Assembly (NCBI GenBank): GCA_964016885.1
Contig: OZ024746.1
Location: 7,750,001-7,814,000 of the forward strand
DNA: 64,000 bases
Direction: 5' to 3'
Origin: Eledone cirrhosa
Lineage: Eukaryota
Below the pieces are notes generated by a model that was not told the origin of the DNA, did not search any database, and was given only the letters and a program-made list of their open reading frames with translations. Below, piece after piece: positions 38,601-53,830 of this stretch (its first letter is position 1; each line of letters opens with the position of its first letter). The position numbers and the translations under genes are program-made.

Positions 38601-40099
38601 ATATTATAATACATAAATATTGCGTGTATATATGTATATGTGTGTTAGTAATATCTGTTATATAGGTGTGGATATGTATGTCCAATAGTGACATGTAAGA
38701 TTAGAAATGCATGAGATATGGAGAAGCAGTCGATAAACAACTTTTTGTAAACCAGTTCAGTGTATTTTATATTGTTATACTTGCCTTGTTTATAAAACAA
38801 AACATTGGGGTTAACTGTTCTATAGCAAGCAATAATTGAAGCAACTTCCCTAAAGCTTGCCAGATGGCTTAAGTTCAAGTATTGTATTACCCACCTCATA
38901 TTGTTTTGGATGGTGGTTGTAATGTAAACTCCTTCACTAACTTGTTTATCTTACCTATTTCAGCCACTTATACCACTAATTCTTGTTAGGTAGCTGTTTG
39001 TTTCGCATATCTCACGCCTCTCACTTGCAATATATATATATATATTAAGAAAACACAAAAACACATCTCTACTCTACTCGCAATTAAACAATTGTCCCCG
39101 TCTCGAGGTGAATTAAGATATAGTGTTGTTTATGATATAGCACAAACCACTACTAGCAAATCCTGCCAAGATCTTTGGATGATATGATTACTCTTACAAT
39201 AGTAGTTTGTAATTTCATTGTAGTTTGGGGAAGTATTTTGTACTAACTTATTTTATTAACATTTTCTTTACCATATATTTAATCCCATGATTTTCAAATC
39301 ATTTTGAAAAAAAAAAATTGTTGAGATTTAGTATAATAAACTTTTTTTTTATTATTAAGCTACTGTTTGGAACAAAACAAAGGTTCTTCCATAGAATTAT
39401 GATGGAAGGTTTTATTTTCAATTAGATAAATATAAACACTTTAAAATAAACAGCTTCGTATGATAGAACGAGGGCAGTTTCAGGTAGTTTGGTAAGGAAA
39501 GTGTTACCCCCCCCCCCGGATACTATCAAAGCTCTTAAATACACCCTAAGACAAACCAATAACCCAGTATTGTTATGATAGGAAGTTCTAACTTTGCTGT
39601 ATAGATAAGACAGGAAAGATTGGATTATTAATCGATTGTACCAACACCACCATCATCATCACCACCCCAACTCCTATAACTTACCTTGTACTAACTTATT
39701 TTATTTACACCCTAAAGAAAGCCCTGAAAGATATTGCCAGTAGCAGAAGGGATTTAAACACACATTTTGAGGGACTGAAGTAAAAATAGTGTATAACAAT
39801 AATAATGATATAGATATGAAGAGAGTGATTGGGAAGTGTTCTGTCTCTTTATCTTCCTTCTCTATCTTAACATTTCCCCCTTTTTGCTGCTGTAGTCTTT
39901 GTAAAGGTTTTAGAGTAATTTTCTCTTTACTGCTACTACTACTTCTTTCCCCTCCCACTCTGACATTTACTCTTGTTTATTTACTTAATAATCCTACAGT
40001 ATATGTCTGTATATGTGTATATATACATACGTACACACACACACACATATATCTATATATATAATAAAAAGGAACGAGGTATCAATATAGCATCAATAA

Positions 40100-40762
<663 letters not shown>

Positions 40763-41281
40763 AGGGTAGACAAGTGGAAGAGCCATGTTGCCAACACTGA
40801 AAGAGCCACTCATTGTACACTGTACTTTACTTTATTTCTTTACTAACACTTTGCTTGACATTTTCTACTACAGTATAAACCCAACTTATTCTTAACAACA
40901 CCCCTAGTCTTATTATAGTCTAATTATATCCTAATTTCTTCCACTCTTTCCAATAATTAATATAAGTCAAATTACCAACAGCACTTGAATATGTCATAGA
41001 GAAAACAACACCATTTCCCTCCCCATCTATGTCTAGCCCCTCCCCTCCCATCTCAGTCTACCCCCTCCCCCATCTATGTCTAGCCCCACCACCACCGCCA
41101 CCCCTTAAAAACAGTAGAGCATGAGGGCAAAACTACTTTGTGACATACAGTATTTAGGTTTAGCTATCTAAGATTGAGAGTTCAAATCCTGTCAGAATTT
41201 CACTTTATATTTTTTTCATTCCATTGAAGATTGGGAATTGACTAATTATGATTAAACAAATAGATTACTATTAATTAATGA

Positions 41282-41418
<137 letters not shown>

Positions 41419-41567
41419 CAGACATATATTTATATATTCCTACACACACATACATATATGTGTGTGTGTGTGTGTAAATCTCGGGTCCAATGAAACAGTT
41501 CTAGTAGTCCTGGAGAAGCCATTTCTATATTTAACATGATATATATATAGTTCAAGGAAACAACAAA

Positions 41568-41662
<95 letters not shown>

Positions 41663-41665
<3 letters not shown>

Positions 41666-41955
41666 GTACATGGCTTAGTTGTTAGAGCATTGGCCTTTCA
41701 ATCGAAAGGTTGAGTTCAATTCTTAGACTGGCTGATGTGTTGTTTCCTTGAGCAAGGCACTTTATTTCACATTGCTCCAGTTTACTCAGCTGTAGGAGGT
41801 GGTGGTGGAGTTGCCACGGCCAAAAAGCACCCAGCACTCACTGTAAATGAGGTTGGTGTTAGGAAGGGCATCCAGCTGTAGAAATCAAGCCAGAATCAGT
41901 TCCTGTCCCACCCTTGCAAGCAGGGAAAAGTGGACGTAAAATGAAATGATGATGA
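41663..41955 (+). mobile_element. tRNA-derived CORE-like SINE with RTE-derived tail (second copy)
   Basis: Homologous to 14361-14702. Confidence 0.85.
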
Positions 41956-42344
41956 TATACTATTCAGTTGAACGGTAGGAAAGGGCATAGTGTTCCTGAC
42001 TTCCACTGGCCCCCAGACACTGATATATGTGTATTTGGGTGTGTTCATGTGTTTATTTTGCATTACAAAAACATATACACTGTTTTCATTGTTATTGTTT
42101 AGTTGAAGGTTTGCCCTGAAGAAAGATAAGACAAGACAGGCTTAGGATCAAAGAGATTTATTTGTGATTATCCTTTTCAGACATAGTGTATCTAGGACTA
42201 TACTATTTAAAGTGTTCTTCCTTAAGAAAGTAATATGTGGTTTGAGAAAGATTTGGCTACTGTTTCTAGTAGCTTCAGTGACTAGGTAGAAGCTCTTCCT
42301 TTCACCTGACCATTCTGTCTTTGTGTGAGAAATGTGCATGACTA

Positions 42345-42362
42345 TATGTTTGTTATATATAT

Positions 42363-42413
<51 letters not shown>

Positions 42414-42439
42414 TTGTTTGTTATATATATGGTAAACGT

Positions 42440-42533
<94 letters not shown>

Positions 42534-42615
42534 TTTGTTATATGTATGGCAAACGTTATATATATATGTATATATGTGTGTGTGTGTGTGTGTTTGTTAT
42601 ATATATGGTAAACGT

Positions 42616-42650
<35 letters not shown>

Positions 42651-42786
42651 TTGTTTGTTATATGTATGGCAAACGTTATATGTATATATGTGTGTGTGTG
42701 TGTGTGTTTGTTATATATATGGTAAACGTTATATATATATGTATATATGCGTGTGTGTGTGTGTTTGTTATATATATGGTAAACGT

Positions 42787-42819
<33 letters not shown>

Positions 42820-42896
42820 TTGTTTGTTATATATATGGTAAACGTTATATATATATATATGTGTGTGTGTTTGTTTGTTATATATATGGTAAACGT

Positions 42897-42929
<33 letters not shown>

Positions 42930-43451
42930 TTGTTTGTTATATATATGGTAAACGTTATATATATATATATATGTGTGTGTGTGTTTGTTTGTTATATGTA
43001 TGGCAAACGTTATATGTATATATGTGTGTGTGTGTGTGTGTGTGTTTGTTATATATATGGTAAACGTTATATATATATATATATATATGTGTGTGTTTGT
43101 TTGTTATATATATGGTAAACGTTATATATATATATGTGTGTGTGTGTTTGTTTGTTATATATATGGTAAACGTTATATATATATATGTGTGTGTGTGTTT
43201 ATTATATATATGGTAAACGTTATATATATATATGTGTGTGTGTGTTTATTATATATATGGTAAACGTTATATATATATGTGTGTGTGTGTTTGTTATATA
43301 TATGGTAAACGTTATATATATATATGTGTGTGTTTGTTTGTTATATGTATGGTAAACGTTATATATATATGTGTGTGTGTGTTTGTTATATATATGGTAA
43401 ACGTTATATATATATGTGTGTGTGTGTGTTTGTTATATATATGGTAAACGT

Positions 43452-43484
<33 letters not shown>

Positions 43485-43560
43485 TTGTTATATATATGGT
43501 AAACGTTATATATATATGTGTGAGTGTGAGTGTGTGTGTGTGTGTGTTTGTTATATATAT
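42345..43560. repeat. Compound array: constant ttgttatatatatggtaaacgtt unit separated by variable (TA)n(TG)n
   Basis: More than 20 recurrences of ggtaaacgttat / ggcaaacgttat. Confidence 0.93.
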
Positions 43561-43647
43561 GTTATATTCATGTTTAACATTATATATAGATATATATATA
43601 TGTTTGTTATATTTTTCTATACTTGTGTTAGAAATGTATATATATAT

Positions 43648-45070
43648 GATATTAGCACAATTAATTAGAGAAAGGGTCAAACTAGATGAGATGCAGTTTG
43701 GTTTTGTGCCTGGGAAAAGTACAACAGATGCCCTCTTCTTGGTGAGACAATTACAAGAGAGGTTCTTAGAGAAGAATAAGCCACTATACTTAGCTTTTGT
43801 TGACTTAGAGAAGGCCTTTGATAGGGTACCCCTATCTGTCATCTGGTGGTCCCTAAGGAAACTAGGTGTTGAGGAATGGCTTGTGAGGACAGAGCAAACT
43901 TTGTACTGCTGTCAGTAAAGTCAGGGTAGGAATGGAGTTTAGTGAGGAATTCCAAATACAAGTAGGAGTACATCAAGGTTCGGTCCTCAGCCCGCTCTTG
44001 TTCATTATAGTCCTCCAAGCCATAACAGAGGAGTTTAAGACTGGCTGTCCATGGGAACTTCTCTATGCTGACGATCTGGTTCTTATAGTAGAATCAGTAG
44101 AGGAGCTAGAGAATAAATTCTGGCTATGGAAACAGCAGTTGGAAGCAAGAGGACTGAGAGTGAACCTAGCTAAGACAAAAGTGTTGATGAGTAGAAAAGA
44201 GGACAAAACTCTGATTCCGTCAGGGAAATGGCCATGTTCGATATGCAGAAAAGGAACTGGCATAAATTCTATAAAATGCACACAATGCAGATCCTGGGTA
44301 CACAAGAGATGTAGTGGAATAGCAGGCAAACTAACAGGTAGGGAGAAATACGTATGCAGTAGATGTACAGGGAAATTAGACAGTAGAAGTCACATTGATA
44401 GACACGTTTTTCAAATGCAGGCAGGTGCTATAGAAGTGGTGGATAGCTTCCGGTACCTAGGAATTAAGTTTTGCATGGGAGGGGGGTGTTCCGAGGCCAT
44501 AGTATCTAGAATAAGGACGGGTTGGAAGAAGTTTAGGGAGCTGTTTCCTCTGCTGACGAAGGAGGGTTTCTCCCTGCGTACGAAAGGCCGGTTATATGAT
44601 GCCTGTGTGAGGAGCGCGATGCTGCATGGTAGTGAGACATGGGCAGCAACTGCAGAGGATATGCGACGGCTGGAGAGAAATGAGGCAAGCATGCTCCGTT
44701 GGATGTGCAGTGTAAATGTGCATGAACGACCCAGCATGGGTGCGTTGAGAGAGAAACTGTGTCTGAGAGGGATAGAATGTAGTGTACAGGAGAGGAGACT
44801 GAGGTGGTATGGACATGTGATGCGCATGGAGGGTGACCGATGGGTAAAGAAGTGTCAGGAAATGCCAGTTGAAGGAAGACGTGGTAGAGGTAGACCACGA
44901 AAAGCATGGGCGGAGGTGGTGAGAACAGACCTCAGATCGATGAAGCTCACGGTGGAGATGACGAAGGACCGTGACAAGTGGAGAGAGCTGTGGTGAATAA
45001 GACCTGTCCCACCCTTGCAAGCAGGGAAAAGCGGACGTAAAATGATGATGATGATGATGATGATGATGAT
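43648..45070 (+). mobile_element. 5'-truncated RTE-clade LINE (second subfamily), frameshift near 43900-43930, (GAT)n tail
   Basis: QFGFVPGKSTTDALF, AFVDLEKAFD, GVHQGSVLSPLLF, LLYADD, RRLRWYGHV across ORFs 43469-43918 and 43932-44996. Confidence 0.95.
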
Positions 45071-45116
45071 GTATGTATATTATATTTATGGTAAACATTA
45101 TATATATATATGTATG

Positions 45117-45166
<50 letters not shown>

Positions 45167-45886
45167 CACGCTTTATATGGAAAAGGGGAAAGAAAGTTTG
45201 ATGTGTCGGGCTTTAACCCTTTTTCAAGAGTATAAAAATAGAGACAGGATCAGAAAGGATAGAGAAAAAAATATATATAGAGAGAGAGGGGGGGGGGGTG
45301 TAAAGAAAGTATATATTGTATTGATGTCTTTCTGATGTCTTGCCATATACTTCGATTTTTACTGTGTCCACAGTATATATATATATTATATATATATACA
45401 TATATACATATACATATATAGTCAGTATATATATATATACTGACATCCCTTTCCATTCCCTTCAGCAATTTTATTGTGAAACAGAGCTTCTTTGTTATGC
45501 TTTTAATTCACCATCCACCTGCTGGCTTAACCTAAATAGTGGCAGAACTTTTTATATCTGGTAATATACATGGCTTCATTCCCCTCAAACCTCTCTTTTA
45601 AAGATTAGAAAGTAGGCCTGTGTGCAGATTATTGTTATAAGAATTAATAAGATAAATAATGTTTTAGAAAGTGTGGATAAGGATTTAGCTTGATAATGAT
45701 TCTTAGAATTTGCTTGAATGAACTAGGACTCTAGGGGAATTTTACATTTAATTAACTGAATTAATCTTTATTCATGAGATTCTAATGCATATACACATGC
45801 CAATATATAAACATCTATCTATCTATCTATCTATCTGTCCCCGTCTCTCTCTTGTTATATATGTATCTTGTTATATATGTATATGA

Positions 45887-46075
45887 GGGCGGTGGCTTGG
45901 CAGTATCAGTAGAGGGTTGGACGCCATGCTTTCCAACATAGTTACATCCCTTTACGATCTGAGTTCAAATCCCACCGAGGTTGACTTTGCCTTTCATCCT
46001 TACGGGGGTCGATAAAATAAAGTACCAGTAATGCACTGGGTAATTGCTGGCCTTGTGCCTAAAGTAGAAACAGTT
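45887..46075 (+). mobile_element. Nin/Deu-like SINE, full length, flanked by gttatatatgtat duplication
   Basis: tRNA-like head, B box gagttcaaatccc and Nin-like domain; gttatatatgtat occurs on both sides. Confidence 0.85.
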
Positions 46076-46195
46076 ATATATGTATGTGTGTGTGTGTGTA
46101 CATTTACTGTTTATTTATAACTTGTATCTTAGTGGTTCAACAAATAGAGGTTGATGAAATATATACTGCAGTTGATATGGTTGACTAAATTCTTT

Positions 46196-46738
46196 GAAGG
46201 TGGTGTTCCAGCATGGCCACAGTCTAATGACTGTATCTGGTAAAAGTGTAAAATAGTTTACATATGCTAGAGTCTCACATAATAGTGAGTTGAAGGTGGT
46301 GCCCCATCATGGCCACAGTCTAATGACTGTACCTAGTAAAAGAGGATAACATATGCTAGAGTCTCACATAATAGTGAGTTGAAGGTGGTGCCCCAGCATG
46401 GCCACAGTTTAATGACTATACCTAGTAAAAGAGGATAACATATGCTAGAGTCTCACATAATAGTGAGTTGAAGGTGGTGCCCCAGCATGGCCACAGTCTA
46501 ATGACTGTACCTAGTAAAAGAGGATAACATATGCTAGAGTCTCACATAATAGTGAGTTAAAGGTGGTGCCCCAGCATGGCCACAGTCTAATGACTGTACC
46601 TAGTAAAAGAGGATAACATATGCTAGAGTCTCACATAATAGTGAGTTGAAGGTGGTGCCCCAGCATGGCCACAGTCTAATGACTGTACCTAGTAAAAGAG
46701 GATAACATATGCTAGAGTCTCACATATAGTGAGTTGAA
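46196..46738. repeat. 89-bp minisatellite, ~6 copies
   Basis: gaaggtggtgccccagcatggccacagtctaatgactgtacctagtaaaagaggataacatatgctagagtctcacataatagtgagtt. Confidence 0.95.
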
Positions 46739-49707
46739 GATCTTTGATTAACTGGGACCCATGCTAACGTGGAAGATAGATGTTAAATGATGATGATGAT
46801 CATCATCATTGCAATTAGAAGACAAAAACTTCCTTTATGCAGTTTAACATTTAAAAACAAGCAAGGGAGATAACTCCAGTAGTATTGGATAAGCCAAATA
46901 TTTGGAAAATAAGGATTGTACAGTTAGAAGTAGGTCTTGTTTTTAAAACCAATTGGTAAAATCCATGTGCATGTTTCAGTCTTCTTATAACTTATCAGCA
47001 AAGCATATTAACCTCAGCTGGCTAGACTTAGAAGTAATTGGTATATATTGAAACAATAGATCTGATGAAATATACCTAGTGGCACACTCTGAAGTATGTT
47101 TTTCTGAATAATTTATAGTAGTATACATGTTTGAGAGCATCTGTGTACGAGGGTCAGCTGAAAAGTTCATAAGCTGACCAAGGTACTCTCATGGAATAAT
47201 GAAATGAGGTATATTTTTCAACATAGTCTCTGGAAAGAAATAAAGCAGTTATTAAAGAAGATTTACTTGTTCAGAGCTGATCTGGGGATCAATGACACCA
47301 ATATTAATATTGAAAAAGCAGTATTCGGTAACAATCCCCTTCTCTCTTGGTCAGCCTATGAACTTTCTAATGAGATACACTATGTTTGAATTAATGACGA
47401 ATTTGGAGGAATTTATTATTACTTATTTCAATATTAAGACAGGTTTTGTAACATAAAAGTTTCTTATATCAAACTTGAAAGAGTAGGAACCCTTTAAAAT
47501 TGGTGATTTTGTTTCATAGAATTAGAGACAGTTTCGGGGCATAGAAACCCTTTAAAATAAGTGGTTTTGTTTCATATAACTAGAGACAGTTTTGGGGCAT
47601 AGGAACCCATTAAAATTGGTGGTTTTGTTTCATAGAATTAGAGACAGTTTGGGGGCAGGTTGGTATCAAGTGGGTTAATGAAAAAAAAAAATTCTGTAAA
47701 GTTTTGTAGATGTCACGTCCATCCAGCTATCAAAAAATGTGCTCTGTAGGTATTATACTATGAAATATGTCAGTAACTTTGTTTACATAATTTATTTCTG
47801 CTTGTCAGCTTGTTGTGGATGAAAAAATGCCAAATTTACAGCAAAGAAGATATTTTTATTTCTGTTACTTATATTTATTTTTAATCCTTTCATGATCAAA
47901 TTTCTACTAAACTACATCTACGCACACTAGGTTTTTAAATTAATTTTCAACATATATTCAAGAATTTGAATTTAGTAAAATAATTAAATTTTACATAGTT
48001 TTGTGAAATTATAATTTCAAAGATTTTAATTTAAATATAAAAACTTTAAAACAGGTTTAGTATCATAGAACCAAGGGTGGTTTCAAGCAAAGTTTGTATC
48101 AAAAAGGCTCAATAGATAAGAGGAAAGAAACAATCTTTTCTATAAAATATCCCTTAAAAAAAACAAAGATTTCAACATGGCTTGTTTAACTTTTAAACAA
48201 TGATTGACTCGTATCTATTGAAACCACTCTGTTACAAGCATTCACGGGATCAGGTCTCCTGTTTAAGGATATCTCCCTCCCGCCCAACAACCTCAGAGGT
48301 CCTGAAAAGAGTCATAAACTCTGCCCTCCTCCCTGACTAAGTGATAAAAAATTTTTTACTGATTTCCTCCCTCTCCACATACATATTGATTGATGAAAGG
48401 CAATTAACTAAGGATGGATTTGAACTCAGAGCATAAAGCGCTGTAACTAAATACTGCAATAGTTGTAGTCTGTTACCCTACTAACTGTAGCTGCCACTCA
48501 CTAACTTCACAAATGGAGAAAAATAATGAACACTGAAGTGTTGATTCACTCATTTCCGATGACCTAAATTGATATGATTGATTTTCTTTCAATAGAATTT
48601 ATGAATTATTAATGATGTCCACCGAGTTAGCACTCCACTAAAGTCATTGTTGTTGTTGTTGTTTAGACTCATGTGTTGTTGTTATGGTTGTTGTTGTTGT
48701 TGTTTGGACTCATGTCAGCTCTGATTGAGCTGACATATGGTTAAAGTCATTCCAGCCCTGACTATCTTGCCTTTTTCCCATGTTGCAGGAAACAAATGAT
48801 CCCATTATCCAATGTGTTCTTTGCTAAGACAGTAGGGTGTGGTTTGAGGGAGATTGTACTGCTATTTCTATTAGGTTGAAGCTCCATGTATTGACTCTTT
48901 CATTTGCTCGACCTCATTAATGTTGAAAAATGTGGGTGAAGTGGTTGTTTACATTATCTAACATCAGATCAATCCTGATGAAAGACACCACAGCTGTGAC
49001 CAGAGAGAAGACTTTTGGCTGTATTGGATATTTCCTAACCTAGTTTTAATATAACCCTGCTTAACTGAATAACACTAGAATAATAGAGAAGGCTGTAATA
49101 TAAAAGAAAGTATCTTAATTCTGAATGGCAGTTTTGAGCAATGTTTTTCAATATTCCTCTTTAGGTTCCTCACATAAGAATATCACTTGCTACCAAATAC
49201 TTCCCCTCATGCCCCCCCCTCCTACTGCTGCTGCTGATGATGCTGCTACCACCACCACCACCACCACCACCACCACCACCACCACCACCACCACCACCAC
49301 CACCACCACCACCACCATCACCACCACCACCACCACTACTACTACTACTACCACTACCATTAGTAAATCTTAGAGATAATCATTTAATAAAAGTAACTAT
49401 TTTTACCACTGGCAGTGGCGGTGGTGGTGGTGGTAGATGGTAGATATTTTTCAATTCAAATTCAACTCTGAATGAGCAGATCTATAATCAAAGGTGTTCC
49501 AGCTGTAACTATCCTATCTTATTTTTAGCCATAGATGGTAGACCAGCATGGGCAACCTTTTTCAAGAAGTGGACCACATAAGATGTGGCTCATCATAAGG
49601 CAGGCTGCACTACTGAAACATTGAAGGCAATTTTAAAATTAGGCGTGTGTCATTCAGAAAGCCGAACAAGCTGCAGCTGGCCCATGGCTGTGATAGACTG
49701 TGATACA

Positions 49708-49890
49708 CAGTTCCTTCTAAGCTATGTGCCAGAGTTTGTGCACAAAAGCAATTAATATGTGTAAAAATATTAGTTGCCTAAAATTATGTAATAATTAATA
49801 ATTATACTTATTACATACATCAAGTGCTCACATACCTTTGTCACGTGAAAACAAATTCCACACATACTACTAAAACTTAGAGGGAACATT
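49708..49890. mobile_element. hAT-like MITE
   Basis: Imperfect TIRs cagttccttctaag / cttagagggaacattg. Confidence 0.45.
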
Positions 49891-50216
49891 GTGATAGATC
49901 AGATGTGATTCTCATGGTTGGAATGACTTTGATCATATGTCTGCTGAATCAAGACTAACCTTGATCTAAACAACAACTATGGCCAATGTATGAGTCTTCA
50001 AACACTCCTTTCAGCAAGTCCTGTCAGAAGCAACTGTCTCTAATTGATCTGGCTGAATCCCCAAGTGAGACCAGCCAGGTCCATGGATGTTATCCAACCA
50101 TCTTGCTCAGGTCTACCCCTGGGCCTACTGCCGATTGGTTTTACCCGTAAAATTACTATATTTGGTCACAGAATTGGAAGAAGCGTGATAGCTGGTGCAG
50201 AAGGAAGTACCTGGTG

Positions 50217-51811
50217 TTACATACCTGCTTCTCAAACGTGGTGGGTACTTCCTTCTGCACCAGTTATCACGCTTCTTCCAATTCTGTCTGAACAACGGTG
50301 CTACTCCAGAACAGTGGAAAACTGCCAGTGTCATTCCTCTGTTCAAAAAGGGTGACCGCACATCACCTGCGTACTATCGTTCAGTCAGTCTTACTAGTTG
50401 CATTGCCAAGCTGATGGAATCCTGTGTTAGAGAAACGCTTTGAAACTTCTGGAACTTTCACAGTCTTATCCGGCCCTTGCAATTTGGATTTATCCCTAAC
50501 TCCAGCTGCTGTGATCAACTTATTGAGTTTCTTGAAGACATCACCTGGATCACTGATGGCGGCTCATGAGTGGATGTTGTTTACCTTGACTTTGCTAAAG
50601 CTTTCAATTCTGTGCCACACAAAAGAGTTATGGCAAAACTCTCTGCAATGGGTGTGAAGGATGATCTTTTTAACTGGTTGAAATCCTTCATTCTCAGTCG
50701 AAGAGAGGTAGTCATGGTTCTAGGACAGCATTTCTCACCATATGAGATGTCATCTGGTGTACCACAGGGATCTGTTCTTGGCCCCTTTTTGTTTGTGGCA
50801 TATATTAATGACGTAGATGCCAACTTAAAGAATGCCACAGTACTGAAATATGCAGATGACATCAAGCTGTACCTTGAGATAAAAAGGACCGATCCTGAAC
50901 ACTATAGATCTTGCCTGTAATCTGACCTGGACACAATGCAACAATGGATCACGGACTGGCAACTCAAGCTAGCTGTGGACAAGTGTACCACTATGAATTT
51001 TGGGAGTAAAAACCCAGCGTCCACATACTCCCTCCACAACACTAATATTAAGAAGTCTTCTTGTGAACGTGCTCTGAACATTACGGTCAGCAGCGATTTG
51101 CGTTGGACGAAGCACATCTCTAAAATTGTCAAGAAGGCCGAGGGTGTCTTAGCATCACTCAGCAAGACCTTTGTCAGCCACTCTCCAGCTATCTATTTGA
51201 AGCTCTATATAGCTATGGTGCAGCCGCACTTAGAATTTTCATCACCAGTCTGGAACCCCTATCTTGCTCAGAACATTGACTGCCTGGAAACTGTTCAGAG
51301 ACGTGCAACCAAGCGAATACCCCCCCCCCCCCCCCCATCAGGCATCTACCATACTCTGAATGCCTTGCTTCCCTGGGCATGGATACATTGAAGCTCTGAC
51401 GTCTGGCAACTGACTTGGTAAACACCCACAAAATTATTAACCATCTTGCCAACAACAACCCTGAGTACCTTTTTGATTTCCATGTGTCTAACACATGTGG
51501 GCAGCTCCCATGACTTTCGGAAACATTTTTTCACGCTCAGAGTTGCTGGAGCATGGAACAAACTCCCTGCATCAGTTGTTAGCTGTCGAGACACTGCATC
51601 CTTTAAAACCTCCATGCTTCCTGAGATTTGCCAACACTACACCTAATATTCCCCCTCCATACACACACACACATGTATATCATGACTCACACTATTCACT
51701 TCCCTGACATTTGTATATTATTCTATGTACTATACATGCACCTTTGACGAGTTGTAGTGCACCTGAGTACTGTACACAATAATTTCATTATTATTATTAT
51801 TATTATTATTA
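50217..51811 (+). mobile_element. 5'-truncated, decayed CR1/jockey-group LINE with (TTA)n tail
   Basis: WKTASVIPLFKKGDR...YRSVSLTS, DVVYLDFAKAFNSVPH, SGVPQGSVLGPFLF, KYADDIKLY, LETVQRRATK, FFTLRVAGAWNKLP; several stops and frameshifts. Confidence 0.93.
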
Positions 51812-53184
51812 TCACAGGTCAGTTTGATTATTCAGCTCTTCAGCTCTCTGCTGGGCTAAACAACAATGAATTATTTTATTTAAAGAAGAAATAGAACATG
51901 GATAAAATCACATTCACACAAAATAGGTCCTATTAATATTTATCTTTGCAAGCCAGGTAGAATTTGAAAAATATATTTCAATAATGTGTCATGTTGTCAG
52001 TCAAGGTTGCATTGTAAAATGGCTGCCAATAAATTCAATATTAGCCACTGTGACTATTAAACTGTAGCTAGAAAACTGGAAACTTGTCAACTACTAAAGT
52101 AATTCACTGGATTAGCCTGAAAGAGCTTATAACTGAAACCTTGCAGAGATACAACCACAGAATTTTAAGCTGATGATATTAATAACTTATACAGAAGATT
52201 ACAATGACTAATATAAGATAAGGGAGATAGTTTTTAACTCATTATATATATATAATCTTCTTCTATACCCAGTTATCCGTAGGGGCAAAGTCCTCAAGCA
52301 CACCTTTCAATGGGTCCTATCAGAAGCAATCGTCTTCAATTGATCCGGCTGGATTCCCAAGCAAGACCACCCAAGTTCAGGAATATTATCCAAACTTCCA
52401 TGTACCAACCTGTTCTCTTCCTATCCAAACTCTCCATTTCCTGACAAAGGACTTCCATCTGAAATGTACAATTGTCTTCCACTTCCTCTAAGTATGAACC
52501 TAATAAAACTTTGTATTTTTGCATCCCTGTGTTTGTTTTGTTTTATTTGTTCATATATATATACATCATCATCATCATCATCATCATAATTTTTAAAAAA
52601 AACTAGTGATGAAAAAAGGTAACTTGGAAAATAAAATTGACTCTGGTGGGGATTTAAACTCAGAGGGAACAAATGCCACTATATAATATGGATGTATGGC
52701 CCCATAACTCCTAAGAGAGTCATAGGGACGCCTTGTTGATATACAGCATTTCTAGGGAACTTTTAACTTGGCAGAGCACAATTCCTCTCCAGGTCTGAAT
52801 ACAGTAAATTTCTTCCAGTGAAGGATAGAAAGAGTGATAGAATGGAAGTGAGAAAGAGGTATCGAAGAAGAATCGACCCCAGTAGTAGACTGGTACTTTT
52901 TAAAGAGTTAACCAATAAAACACATTTCCTTTGTGTTTTTTTTTAACCCTTTAATATTCTTCTATTATTTTTACTGGCTTCAGCCCTTAGACACCGGCCA
53001 TAGGCCATGCCTATGTACTACTGCTTTAAAGGGATTTAGTCAATCACATCAACTACAATACTTGATCCTTTTTTCAAGTCTGAAACTTACTTTATCGATC
53101 TCTTTCTGTCGAACCTCTAAGTTACAGAACATAAACACAGATACAGATATAAACATAAACATGCCACCCACCATATATTATATA

Positions 53185-53469
53185 TAATGAAGGAAGTGTG
53201 GTCAGGAACCAGGTGGACCATAACGCATCAGACTACTTGATACTTTAGATAGTAGAGTGGGTAATAGGAAAAGGTTCAGGACCCCGACGGCAGAGCTCAA
53301 GCTGTTTTGAAGGCTATTTCTGGACTGAGTCCAAAAATAGCCGTCGAAACGGCTTGAGCTCTGCCGTTGGGGTCCTGAACCTTTTCCTATTACCCACTCT
53401 ACTATCTAAAGTATTGAGTAGTCTGATGCGTTATGGTCCACCTGGTTCCTTACCACACTTCCTTCATTA
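53185..53469. mobile_element. Fold-back element (~140-bp arms) of the HHR-bearing family H, in (TA)n
   Basis: taatgaaggaagtgtgg...ccacacttccttcatta, symmetric about ggactgagtcc (~53327). Same family as 8017-8072, 35816-35973, 53722-53870 and 59215-59406. Confidence 0.85.
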
Positions 53470-53494
53470 TATATATATATATATATACCCACTC

Positions 53495-53539
<45 letters not shown>

Positions 53540-53734
53540 ATAAAACCAGTTTAAAAAACTAGTTAGACCATCACTCAACAGAATACTCAATACTTAGGAT
53601 AGTAGAGTCTGGCAATATTATAAACAGTTGCGACCTGATGGCTGATCTCTTGCCACTTCAACAGCTAGTTCCAGACTATATATATGTGTGTATATGTGTG
53701 TGTATATATTTATATATATATGAAAAGATTCAGG

Positions 53735-53830
53735 ACCCCGATGGCTGAGCTCCAGCCGTTTCGACAGCTAGATCCGAACTAAGCCACCAGTATTAGAACA
53801 GCAGGAATCTAGCTGAACTTATCAAGGGGT
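53735..53830 (-). ncRNA. Type I hammerhead ribozyme with full stem III and long stem II, U3:A8 core variant
   Basis: Minus strand: acccc-TTGATAA-gtt-cagctagat...atctagctg-tc-GAAA-cggctg(gagct)cagcca-TC-ggggt. The sister copy at 53281-53290 (accccgacgg) shows the ancestral GUC triplet with a C-G pair. Confidence 0.75.

Noticed and set aside
42345-43560. Repeat-spacer appearance
   Set aside because: The 'spacers' are only (TA)n(TG)n length variants and carry no unique sequence.
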